From a virus: DNA of 64,000 bases. The notes beneath the pieces are model-generated. The model did not search any database and was not told where the DNA came from. It worked only from the letters and a program-made list of their open reading frames with translations. Shown in pieces: positions 46,630 through 54,553 of this stretch. A program made the position numbers and the translations under genes. Position 1 is the stretch's first letter. The number at the start of each line of letters is the position of its first letter. Location: the IMG/VR virus record IMGVR_UViG_3300037851_000445, positions 6,729 through 70,728 of that record. One strand, 5' to 3'.

Positions 46630-46960
46630 GTCTTGGTTGTAAAGGTGATGGAGTCACCATTCTACTTGGCCCGCGAGCCTTTCACGGCCCGGGCTCCCTG
46701 CAGGGGTGGCCAAATAATGCGGGGAACTGTCCGGACCAGCCCCGCTTCTCCAGGCCAAGTAGAATGGTGCTCCCTTCCTGCGGCGGTAACTGTACCGGTG
46801 CCGGGCTTTCGCCTCTCCGGCTTCCATCCGCTCCGCGACCAGGAAGGGCTTTCGCGCTGCCAGCGCCGGTTCGGTAGGACCGGAACCACCCTCCAGGGGC
46901 TACCTGGCTTCATTTCGTGCGGGTCGCACTATCCCGTTGCTATCGGGCTTGTCTTCGGAG
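46630..46960 (-). ncRNA. Candidate large structured non-coding RNA, family unassigned
   Basis: Perfect 17-bp helix 46655-46671/46753-46769, 9-bp helix 46772-46780/46840-46848, each closing multibranch loops; further hairpins; GAAA loop and a G-U extension favour the minus strand; no credible ORF. Confidence 0.6.
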
Positions 46961-46961
46961 A

Positions 46962-47411
46962 TCAGCTCCACGTTCTGTGCGCTTCGGCTATGTGCTCTTT
47001 TCCGCCGTACTCCTCGATCTGCCATCGCACGCCGCCGGGCACCTCGACAAGCGAGAGGCGGGCCAATGGACCCGACGCTTTCTCGGTACCGAGCTCGCCC
47101 ACAACCGCGACAAGGTCTGGATCGTCCCGTGGTATGTCGCGGTCACAGCACCAGAGCTCGCGCGCGTATCGCGCGTTCTCTTCGGTTCGCTCGCTGTTGG
47201 TCATCTTGTCCCACGGCTTGTCGTGGATCATCATTCCGCGGCGATCGAGCCGTACCGTGCGTTTCCCTGGCGGTACAAGCCAGTACCGGACCGGGCTGTT
47301 AGAGGTGTCCTCGGGCCACACCTCGATGCCCTTTCGTTGCAGGTATGCGAGGATCGCTTCGTGCGATAGGTTGAAGCCCCCAAAGCATGTGTTGATTACG
47401 ACAGTGGTCAT
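46962..47411 (-). CDS. Conserved phage hypothetical protein
   Basis: VVINTCFGGFNLS...RDDPDLVAVV.ELG.EKASG..ARL..VEVP..V.W.IEEY.G.EHIAE.HRTW; AAGGA SD. Confidence 0.7.
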   Translation of the reverse strand: MTTVVINTCFGGFNLSHEAILAYLQRKGIEVWPEDTSNSPVRYWLVPPGKRTVRLDRRGMMIHDKPWDKMTNSERTEENARYARELWCCDRDIPRDDPDLVAVVGELGTEKASGPLARLSLVEVPGGVRWQIEEYGGKEHIAEAHRTWS

Positions 47412-47430
47412 TTCTTTTCCTTGAAATGGG

Positions 47431-47513
47431 GGACCCGCGAACGCCGGCGAGATCGTGCACGCGCCCTCGTGAGAAGGCGCGCTCGTGGGCACGCTCGCCG
47501 GCGCCGCGGGTTC
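47431..47513. other. Long imperfect intergenic hairpin
   Basis: ACCCGCG/CGCGGGT (47433-39/47505-11), CGCCGGCGAG/CTCGCCGGCG (47442-51/47494-503), inner GTGC/GCAC and CGCGCC/GGCGCG. Confidence 0.7.
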
Positions 47514-47518
47514 TGGTA

Positions 47519-48556
47519 TTACGCCAGCGCCTCGTCGCGGTAGAACTGCACGACTTCGTTGTTGTCGTTGTCCACGAGCTGCACCACGTAGTTGTCGCCG
47601 TTACTGACGTAGTCGCGGAACATTTCTCGAGCCAGGCCTTCTTCGACGGCACTGAACGTCTCGCGCAGTTCAACGTCACCGTTAATGAACGCGTCTCGCG
47701 TGAGGTACGTCCGCACTTCCCACTTGTCCGGAAAGCCCACTTCGTCGCGATACGGCGCCTCGAAGGCGAGGTCCTCGGAGCCGTTGGCGCTGAACAGCCA
47801 GCTGTCGCCCAGCACGTGCCGGTGAGTGTCGTAGTAGTCTTCGACTTCGTCGATCACCTCGTACGCGCAGACGCGCATCTTGGTGTTGTTGTAGTCCGTC
47901 GGGATCGCAACGACGTCCGCCGGGTTCACCTTGCAGATGACCACGTGCCCATCCGCGTGTGCGAACGCCGGCAGGTAATCGAACGAGCAGAGGTGCAGCC
48001 CGTACGAACACGTGCGGTTCTGGTTTTCGTCGACCTTGTTCCGCGGAACGGACGGCGTGGCGCCGATGTGGTTCGAGATCCGGCCGCTGTGAATGTCCAT
48101 CCAGTCCTTCCGGACCGCCTTGTACGCCAGGAAGCAGCCATCTTCGGTGAGCGGCATCTTGCCGTAGTCGAGGAACTCGAACAGGCGTTGCACGACCCGA
48201 TAGCTCGGGTTGTCTTCGAGCAGCGTCAGGAAGTTCACGATCGGCTGCAACGGAAGGCCGGCGCGCACCATTTCGAGGATGCGCTTCTGCACGAACTCGG
48301 GGATCTCCTCGCCCTTGAACAGCACGGTCTGAGTGGCTTCGTTGACCGTGAGATCGTTCAACGACGATCCCCTCACCGCCAGGACCACGAGCTCGCCGTC
48401 GCTGCGTACGAGGTCTTCGAGTTCGAGGTCATCAGTGTTCGGATCCGCCAGTGCTTGGCTGATGGTCTTGAAGCTCGGCGAATCGGCGGCTATGGTCTTC
48501 GGGCGCCCGTCGATGATAAAGGTAAGGCCTTGTTGCGTCTGAATGTAGGGGATCAT
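47519..48556 (-). CDS. rIIB: rIIB-like protein
   Basis: NFL..LE.NPS.R.V..LF.FL.....PLTEDG.FLAYKAVR.D.MDIHSG...R.KVD.N.NRTCSYGLH.CS..Y. Confidence 0.9.
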   Translation of the reverse strand: MIPYIQTQQGLTFIIDGRPKTIAADSPSFKTISQALADPNTDDLELEDLVRSDGELVVLAVRGSSLNDLTVNEATQTVLFKGEEIPEFVQKRILEMVRAGLPLQPIVNFLTLLEDNPSYRVVQRLFEFLDYGKMPLTEDGCFLAYKAVRKDWMDIHSGRISNHIGATPSVPRNKVDENQNRTCSYGLHLCSFDYLPAFAHADGHVVICKVNPADVVAIPTDYNNTKMRVCAYEVIDEVEDYYDTHRHVLGDSWLFSANGSEDLAFEAPYRDEVGFPDKWEVRTYLTRDAFINGDVELRETFSAVEEGLAREMFRDYVSNGDNYVVQLVDNDNNEVVQFYRDEALA

Positions 48557-50886
48557 GCTGCGTCCTTAAGTGAGTTGAGTTGAACTAATTCCTGCTCGGT
48601 AATGAGCAGGGCTTTTACGCGGAGCGCCGCGTCTTCCGGCTTGAGTTTGAGGAGTTGCATGCTCAGTTCCTCGTGTTCAAACGCTTGCGCGAATGGGAAC
48701 TGCGAGAGAGCGGTGTTGTAGAACACGGAAAAGTCCAGCTTCTTGCTGTCGAGATTGATGGCGCCTTTTTGATCCATCAGAGACAGCGCGTTCTGAACTT
48801 CTGCTTTAGCCCGGCTTGCGATCATTGCCTTTGGGGATCGCCAGACCTTGTACTGGTTGTACACGTCCTCTAGACCGGTAGATTTTACCACCGGTTCGAT
48901 GACACGCTTGAGATCCGGGTGTTCGTACGCCGCCTCGATGAAGGCCAGGATCCCGTGGTTTTTGAAGGAAGTCTGCACTTCCATGTTGATCGGCGGCACG
49001 TCCATCAAGATCGTTTCGACTGCCTTGACGTTTATGAGGCTGCCCGCGATCTTCATGAAGAACTCCCACTTGAGGTCCTCGGCCTTTTTGTTCTTCGCCC
49101 ACCATCCGGCCGACACGACGATGTAGCCGGTGTACTTCCCGTTCAGCAGTTTGCGCGCGTTCAACGCGCGGAACGCGTTGATGGTAGCGCGTACTGCATC
49201 TTCGCTCACGGTCTCCCAGCCTTTACCGTCGGAAGTGCGGCCCGTTCGGTATTGACACCATCCATTGATTCTCTCCGAAGAAGAAACCAACCAGCATCTC
49301 GCGCTGGGCGGTACATCCTTCAGCTTGCATTTCGTTTCCTTGCCGGTGAAGTCCACCCACTCGACCTCCTGGTCTATGTCGAGCGGGGCCCCGCCTTTCT
49401 TTCGAGGTCTACTGCCCGCTGCGTAAACCGGTTTGGTGTACGGCAGGCTGGAGACTGGCTTGTAGCCTGGATCTCCGAGCGATCGCGAAATTGACTTCGC
49501 TGTGGCGAGATCCTTTGCCCATAGCACTTCTTGTGTGTCGATCGGTTTCGAAAGTAAGTAGTCCCGGATCCGCGCATGTACATGCTTCGTTGCGTTGTCC
49601 GTGTAGTAGATCTCGAAGTTCTTGTCCGGATGAATGTACAGGCTGTCGGTGAGTGCGGTCAGTACCTTCTTCTTGCACACTCCTTTCCGCACCTGCGTGA
49701 AGATTTGCGGATCCATCGTCCCGTCGGATGGCAGGCCACATTCTTTCCATCGAATCGTGACCCAGTCCGACCACATGTCGCTCACGAACTTCATGATGGT
49801 CGGCGTATCGCGTTTCACGTGCGTGAGGAGTTTGCGCACGTTGTCGGCGAACCGTAGGTTGTAGCCCGTGACGGAGCGCCATTTGTTTGCGACCGTCTCG
49901 CGCTTTGTCCACAGAGTGGATGTTGCGTCCTCGATGTCGTCGGCGATCTGGTTCCCCAGCCACGTAGCGATCTCAGTGAGCCGCGCCTCGATGAGTTGTT
50001 TCGTTTGCGCGTCGTACTGCAGCGCTTCACGGGAGGGTGTCACCTTCAATTCACCGATTCCGAATTCCAGAAGGAATGGCGACGATTGTAAGCCGTACCT
50101 GTTAGACGCTAACACGCCGGCCAGAGGGTGTTTATGGAAGTGCGTACCGATGTCTAGCAAATACGTGATCCCACCCATCGACACGTAGCTTGCGGTTGGG
50201 GAGTTGCCGCTCGTTGAATCGAATCGAGCCCAGCCGACGTGTTGCTCTTTGAACTTGATCGGCTGGATCGTCGCTCCCCCGATCACCTTCGGCTGCACCC
50301 GGAACCATTGGTAGACGGCCTGAGCCCGATCCTTGAAGACGCTAAAGTCCTCTGCCCTCACCGGGATGCGGATCTGCACCCCGGTGGGCCAAGTCGGTGA
50401 GGCGTCCTTTTCCTCGAGCATCGAGATTGTAGGGATGCCGTTGTTATCCACGTAGGCACCGTACGTTCGTTGCTTCCCGTTGTACGCTACGACCATTGAG
50501 TACTGATCGGTATACGCGTATGGGGACTTGCTCCCGATACCAAAGCCGCCGATCTCGCTGTTCGAGGATCGTTTTGTGCTAGCCCCATAGGTCATGAAGA
50601 GCTCCATGACCGTGTTGTGTGACATCCCCGTGCCGAAGTCCTTGATGTAGAACTCCGGGTCCATTTGAGTCGGAAGTTTCACCTCGAACGGCGTGTTCGG
50701 GCATCCATTCGCGACATGCGCGTCGAGTGCGTTGGCTGCAAGTTCCCGCACTATGGCGCGAATCGGATCTGAGTACATCTTCGCCAACATCTGGAACATG
50801 TGGGCGTTCATCGAGATCGTAGCACGCGCTGTCGCAAGAGTGCCGCGCGTAGCTATCACGTGCTGCTCGTCGTGTTGAAGTTTCAT
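48553..50886 (-). CDS. rIIA: rIIA-like protein (GHKL ATPase N-terminus)
   Basis: MYSDPIRAIVRELAANALDAH, KDFGTGMS, YGASTK..SN..IGGFGIGSKSPYAYTD; adjacent to rIIB. Confidence 0.9.
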   Translation of the reverse strand: MKLQHDEQHVIATRGTLATARATISMNAHMFQMLAKMYSDPIRAIVRELAANALDAHVANGCPNTPFEVKLPTQMDPEFYIKDFGTGMSHNTVMELFMTYGASTKRSSNSEIGGFGIGSKSPYAYTDQYSMVVAYNGKQRTYGAYVDNNGIPTISMLEEKDASPTWPTGVQIRIPVRAEDFSVFKDRAQAVYQWFRVQPKVIGGATIQPIKFKEQHVGWARFDSTSGNSPTASYVSMGGITYLLDIGTHFHKHPLAGVLASNRYGLQSSPFLLEFGIGELKVTPSREALQYDAQTKQLIEARLTEIATWLGNQIADDIEDATSTLWTKRETVANKWRSVTGYNLRFADNVRKLLTHVKRDTPTIMKFVSDMWSDWVTIRWKECGLPSDGTMDPQIFTQVRKGVCKKKVLTALTDSLYIHPDKNFEIYYTDNATKHVHARIRDYLLSKPIDTQEVLWAKDLATAKSISRSLGDPGYKPVSSLPYTKPVYAAGSRPRKKGGAPLDIDQEVEWVDFTGKETKCKLKDVPPSARCWLVSSSERINGWCQYRTGRTSDGKGWETVSEDAVRATINAFRALNARKLLNGKYTGYIVVSAGWWAKNKKAEDLKWEFFMKIAGSLINVKAVETILMDVPPINMEVQTSFKNHGILAFIEAAYEHPDLKRVIEPVVKSTGLEDVYNQYKVWRSPKAMIASRAKAEVQNALSLMDQKGAINLDSKKLDFSVFYNTALSQFPFAQAFEHEELSMQLLKLKPEDAALRVKALLITEQELVQLNSLKDAA

Positions 50887-51131
50887 TGGTTTCCCATTCT
50901 CGTTTTCACGATTTCACGCAAGAACTGAAGCTCTTCAGTCAGCTTCGTCAGCTTTTGCGTGAAGGCCAAGTCCTCAGCCCCCAAGATGTAGGAGAGTAGC
51001 GCCTCCCATTCCTGGACTCGCCACAGAGTTACGATCGTGGCGCGAAGCAAGTCGGTTGTTTCAAGCTCGGGAAACCACAGCTTGATTGCTTCGGCCGTGT
51101 GTCGGTTTCCCATCTCTTCAGCCGGACTCAA
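50883..51131 (-). CDS. Hypothetical protein (82 aa)
   Basis: ATGA overlap with rIIA. Confidence 0.5.
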   Translation of the reverse strand: MSPAEEMGNRHTAEAIKLWFPELETTDLLRATIVTLWRVQEWEALLSYILGAEDLAFTQKLTKLTEELQFLREIVKTRMGNQ

Positions 51132-51330
51132 TGGTGGCTCCTTTGATCTGCTCGAGTTTTTCCTTCCGCCATCTTTCCCAGCTCATCGGTTCCTCGTTGG
51201 ATTTGCTGGGTCCGTCCGCCTCCGGTTCAGGCTCAGGTTTCTTCTTCGCTTCCGGTTCAGGCCCAGGTTTCTTCTTCGCTTCCCTGGCCGCCCGTCCTTC
51301 GGCTTCCAGTTGCCGCATGATCTTCGACAT
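51118..51330 (-). CDS. Charged low-complexity protein with a 30-bp tandem repeat
   Basis: KKKPGPEPEA KKKPEPEPEA; DNA copies at 51221-51250 and 51251-51280 differ by one base. Confidence 0.5.
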   Translation of the reverse strand: MSKIMRQLEAEGRAAREAKKKPGPEPEAKKKPEPEPEADGPSKSNEEPMSWERWRKEKLEQIKGATIESG

Positions 51331-51434
51331 CTTCTTCCTCAGGGATGGCGTGGCCTATTTCACCGCAATGAGACCACTGTGTTGGTTCATAGCCCGTGCC
51401 CATCCGTGCACCGCAGTACGGACACACCCAGCGC

Positions 51435-51791
51435 TCAGCCATGAAGATCCTCCAACAAAGAGCGCAGGGCGGCGGTGATGCGCGGGTACAGCTTCGCGAA
51501 CTCCGCTGCTTTCTCGTCATTCATCCACGAAACGCCGGTTTCCAGGTCCCCTTGTAGGGCGTCGTGTAGCGCTTCTAGCTTTTCCTGGTTGGGTTCTCGA
51601 TACTCCCAACCGTTGAGCGCTTTCATGATGTTTTCGGGAGTTTCGTTGACGCTGACTGTTTCGCCGTTTCGAAGCGAAAGCTCGGTGCTGAGCGTGTCGT
51701 TCACATGGTGGTTTTGCACGAAGCTCACAACGGACCTGGAGTCCACCCACACGTACTTTGATGCCGCTCCAAACAGGGTAAAGCGAATCAT
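51435..51791 (-). CDS. Hypothetical protein with FlbD-like N-terminus (tentative)
   Basis: MIRFTLFG...VWVDSRSVVSF...TELSLRNGETVSVNETPENI resembles the FlbD pattern. Confidence 0.4.
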   Translation of the reverse strand: MIRFTLFGAASKYVWVDSRSVVSFVQNHHVNDTLSTELSLRNGETVSVNETPENIMKALNGWEYREPNQEKLEALHDALQGDLETGVSWMNDEKAAEFAKLYPRITAALRSLLEDLHG

Positions 51792-51793
51792 GG

Positions 51794-52006
51794 TTAAAAC
51801 CCCGGAATTTGTCGAATTCGGCCAGAAACTTCGACGCCGTTGGCGCAACGTGCACGAAAGCGCAGCCCATCCCCTGTGGCCATGTGCATTTGCACTCCGC
51901 CGTTGCTTTGACATGCTGCTTGGGCGTAAGCCGTTTGCTCTGCAGTTACCACCATTGAGCACGCGACCAAAGAACCGACCAACAGTAGGGCTAGAACACG
52001 TTTCAT
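51794..52006 (-). CDS. Lipoprotein
   Basis: MKRVLALLLVGSLVA-C lipobox; two further Cys; GAGG SD. Confidence 0.65.
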   Translation of the reverse strand: MKRVLALLLVGSLVACSMVVTAEQTAYAQAACQSNGGVQMHMATGDGLRFRARCANGVEVSGRIRQIPGF

Positions 52007-52462
52007 AGAACCTCCTCGCAGATTTTTCGGTGAATGGATCCGCGTTCGAAGCCGATCCAGTTGTCACTGACCCATAGGGCCTCGATGATACTGCCGTCAG
52101 GCAGGCGGAAACGACGAACCGTCGTCTCCCAGGGTCCAGCATCCGACAGATTCTCGGCGAGGTCGGATGGCATCGCGGATGGCATCTCTTTCCTGCCCAC
52201 GGTTTGTAGTCTCCGAAAGCACAAAATCATTGGATCGCCGGTACATCTGTGCATGCAGGATCTGCAATGCGTCGATGGCGTCTATGTTCTTTAGTTGAAC
52301 GAGCTGATCACCGGAGGTTCGGTAGCTGAGATCGTAGCGAATGAGGTTCATCTACGGTCCAGGAGATACAGGATCAGCGTACCGAGCGCGAGCCCAAAGA
52401 GGTAACCGAGAAACAGGAAAGCGAAGGCTTCCAAGAGCGTCATGTCAGTGTCCTTTTCCGGT

Positions 52463-52987
52463 TCAGTCGATCGGGACCCACCTCGCAAACTCTAGAAGCG
52501 CGTCTGCTTGGTAGACTGCATCGTCGAGTGCATTGTGGTGTGTGCCGGTACGTTCGGGTTTGACCATGCCCATGGCTTTGGCGATCGCTTTCACTGTGCG
52601 AAAGCAGCGGTTGTTCCGCCCGGTCCACGGGGCAACAAGCCCGTAGTTTGTGAAGGCAGAACGCAGAATGACGTTGTCAAAGTCCGTGCCGTTGCCCCAC
52701 ATGCGAACCTCGCTTGGCGCCCCGAATTCCTTCACCCAGGCATCGAAGCGTTTGAGAGCCTCGAGCGGCGGGATGCCGTCTTGCAACGCGGCGCGTGCCG
52801 CGTCGTTCTGCGTCAGCCACCACATCACGGTTTCGCCGTCGATGATTCCGTTGTTTGGGGAAACCGCGGTGTAGAACTTAATGTAGTTCGTGTGCGGGAT
52901 TGTGAACCCGACCGCGCCGATTGCAACGATGCAGGCATTGGGGCCAACACCTAGCGTTTCGAGATCCAACATGATGTGTTTGTTCAT
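52463..52987 (-). CDS. DEDDh 3'-5' exonuclease (Rv2179c/RNase T-like)
   Basis: IMLDLETLG...IVAIGAV; WGNGTDFDNVIL; RCFRT; HHNALDDAVYQA. Confidence 0.85.
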   Translation of the reverse strand: MNKHIMLDLETLGVGPNACIVAIGAVGFTIPHTNYIKFYTAVSPNNGIIDGETVMWWLTQNDAARAALQDGIPPLEALKRFDAWVKEFGAPSEVRMWGNGTDFDNVILRSAFTNYGLVAPWTGRNNRCFRTVKAIAKAMGMVKPERTGTHHNALDDAVYQADALLEFARWVPID

Positions 52988-53169
52988 CTGACCTTCACCT
53001 TGTCTCCGAAGTTGAGTCCCCGCATGTGAAAACCGGGGGCATCGAGTTGTCGTTTAGCCGATACCTCGCCGCAGTTTGAACACTGTAGCGGGGCGTCGCG
53101 CCATTTGATTTCGCGGACAAGCTGGAACCTGTGTCCGCACGCCTGGCACTCGTAGGTGTATGTTGGCAT
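52984..53169 (-). CDS. FmdB-like zinc-ribbon protein
   Basis: MPTYTYECQACGHRF...CSNCG...AKRQLDAPGF. Confidence 0.8.
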   Translation of the reverse strand: MPTYTYECQACGHRFQLVREIKWRDAPLQCSNCGEVSAKRQLDAPGFHMRGLNFGDKVKVR

Positions 53170-53175
53170 AGCGCC

Positions 53176-53766
53176 TCAGCAGCTGCAGGTGAAGAAGTTA
53201 TTCCCGTACTGCCGCTTCGGTACCTTGCGCCCGGTGACGACGGACCAAGCGGCCCAGAAACGGGACCAGTCCTCATTTGTGGCTTCTTTGTACGACTCAC
53301 TGTTGTCGTAGGTGTACTCTTCGTACTCCACCCAGGTATCCGCGGCGTTCATGATTCGGGACACCGTTTGGTCACAGATGTTGGCGAAGCGCGCGATTTC
53401 TGCCTCCGCCTTCTCCTTCTCAGTGAAGGCAGAAAGCTTGGCGGGCGCCGGCGCATCTTTGAATGCCGTGTGCGACCAGTCGTGGCGCAGAGAGGTGATC
53501 GAGCCGGGCACGAGAAACAGCCAGCAGCGCGTTCCCGCAGGCAAATCCTGCTGCGTCAGGAACGGATCGATGACCCCGATGCGTTCGTTCTGGTCGCACA
53601 GAACCACGGTCGTTTGGCTTCCTTCTCGGAGTTTCACGTTGTCTCCGGGGGCCATGTTCTGAGCCAACGTGACCGGCGCGACGGCGATGTGAACTGCGTC
53701 TCGTGCCGGCATGGCGGCTCCGATCAGGCGTCCGATTCCGATGTCACCGCTCATAGCCGCCTCCAT
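53176..53766 (-). CDS. Conserved phage hypothetical protein
   Basis: RDAVHIAVAPV...GVIDPFL...WLFLVPGSITSLRHDWSH pattern. Confidence 0.65.
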   Translation of the reverse strand: MEAAMSGDIGIGRLIGAAMPARDAVHIAVAPVTLAQNMAPGDNVKLREGSQTTVVLCDQNERIGVIDPFLTQQDLPAGTRCWLFLVPGSITSLRHDWSHTAFKDAPAPAKLSAFTEKEKAEAEIARFANICDQTVSRIMNAADTWVEYEEYTYDNSESYKEATNEDWSRFWAAWSVVTGRKVPKRQYGNNFFTCSC

Positions 53767-54173
53767 TCAGTGAGTTGTTTGCTTATGACGTAGCCAGTGT
53801 GGCCGTAGTAGCCGTTGTGGCTGTTGTACACCGCGATCTGGAACGTGCCCCGGTTTGTGTTGACGTTCACGAACATCACGTCTCCGCTGTCGAGACCGTA
53901 CGGGTTTTTTTCTTCCCACTTCGTGACGTTCCGGGCAGTGTCGACTACTTCGATACCAAGAAGCTCAGCTCCGATGAAGTCTTGGATGCTGTCCTCAGAC
54001 ACCATGTAGCCCCACCGTTCGCAGCAGTTTTGATCGTTGCTCACTCCGATTTGGATCTTCTGCTGGTCCGTGATGATTTCGTATCCGTCGCAGTCTTGGT
54101 CGAAGTCTTTGAACGGTCCGTCCGTGCGCGCGGTGAACGTTGTTTCTTCGATACGCAGAATTTTCTCGTTCAT
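53751..54173 (-). CDS. Conserved phage hypothetical protein
   Basis: QNCCERWGY...FVNVNTNRGTFQIAVYNSHNGYYGH. Confidence 0.65.
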   Translation of the reverse strand: MNEKILRIEETTFTARTDGPFKDFDQDCDGYEIITDQQKIQIGVSNDQNCCERWGYMVSEDSIQDFIGAELLGIEVVDTARNVTKWEEKNPYGLDSGDVMFVNVNTNRGTFQIAVYNSHNGYYGHTGYVISKQLTEWRRL

Positions 54174-54175
54174 GG

Positions 54176-54553
54176 CTACCTCGTCAGCCGACGAAGTTCT
54201 TCGATGGCATCTTTGGAAAACCCGTTCGAGCCCCAGTTTTGTTCATCGTCGTGCGCTCTCTGGAGCTTTTCGAGGAAGCTGTAGTCGGCCTGCGTCAGCC
54301 TTTTGTTTTGCCCGTACGTCTCGGCAAGGAACAGTTCGAATTCGGGGAAGTCGTCGAGCAATTCCGCGACGCACCTGCCTTCCATCATCCTGGAGTACAT
54401 CTCGTCGGGAATCAGCGCGCCGATAGCGCACTTGTTGTTACCCGTTCTGTAGAGGCACTGTCCGTTTCTGGAGGATTGTTTCAGCATCTGGCTCAGGTGC
54501 GCTTCTACTACGGCGAAGATTTCTTTGCGATTCAGTGTGTAGGTCATGGTCAT
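54176..54553 (-). CDS. Conserved phage hypothetical protein
   Basis: CLYR.GNNKCAIGALIPDEMY...LQRAHD; coupled to the primase stop. Confidence 0.6.
   Translation of the reverse strand: MTMTYTLNRKEIFAVVEAHLSQMLKQSSRNGQCLYRTGNNKCAIGALIPDEMYSRMMEGRCVAELLDDFPEFELFLAETYGQNKRLTQADYSFLEKLQRAHDDEQNWGSNGFSKDAIEELRRLTR

Noticed and set aside
46669-46698. Resemblance to group II intron domain V (GAGCCCG-GGCC-GUGAAA-GGCU-CG-CGGGCC)
   Set aside because: The stem is too short, the AGC base pairs are mismatched, the 3' arm is sequestered in the stronger 17-19-bp helix, no gene is interrupted and no RT/maturase is present.
46662-46913. 83-aa ORF across the structured region
   Set aside because: No SD, atypical Arg/Pro/Gly/Trp composition; the sequence is better explained by base-pairing.
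51221-51283. 30-bp tandem repeat
   Set aside because: A simple in-frame duplication in a charged linker (KKKPxPEPEA); listed within its CDS only.
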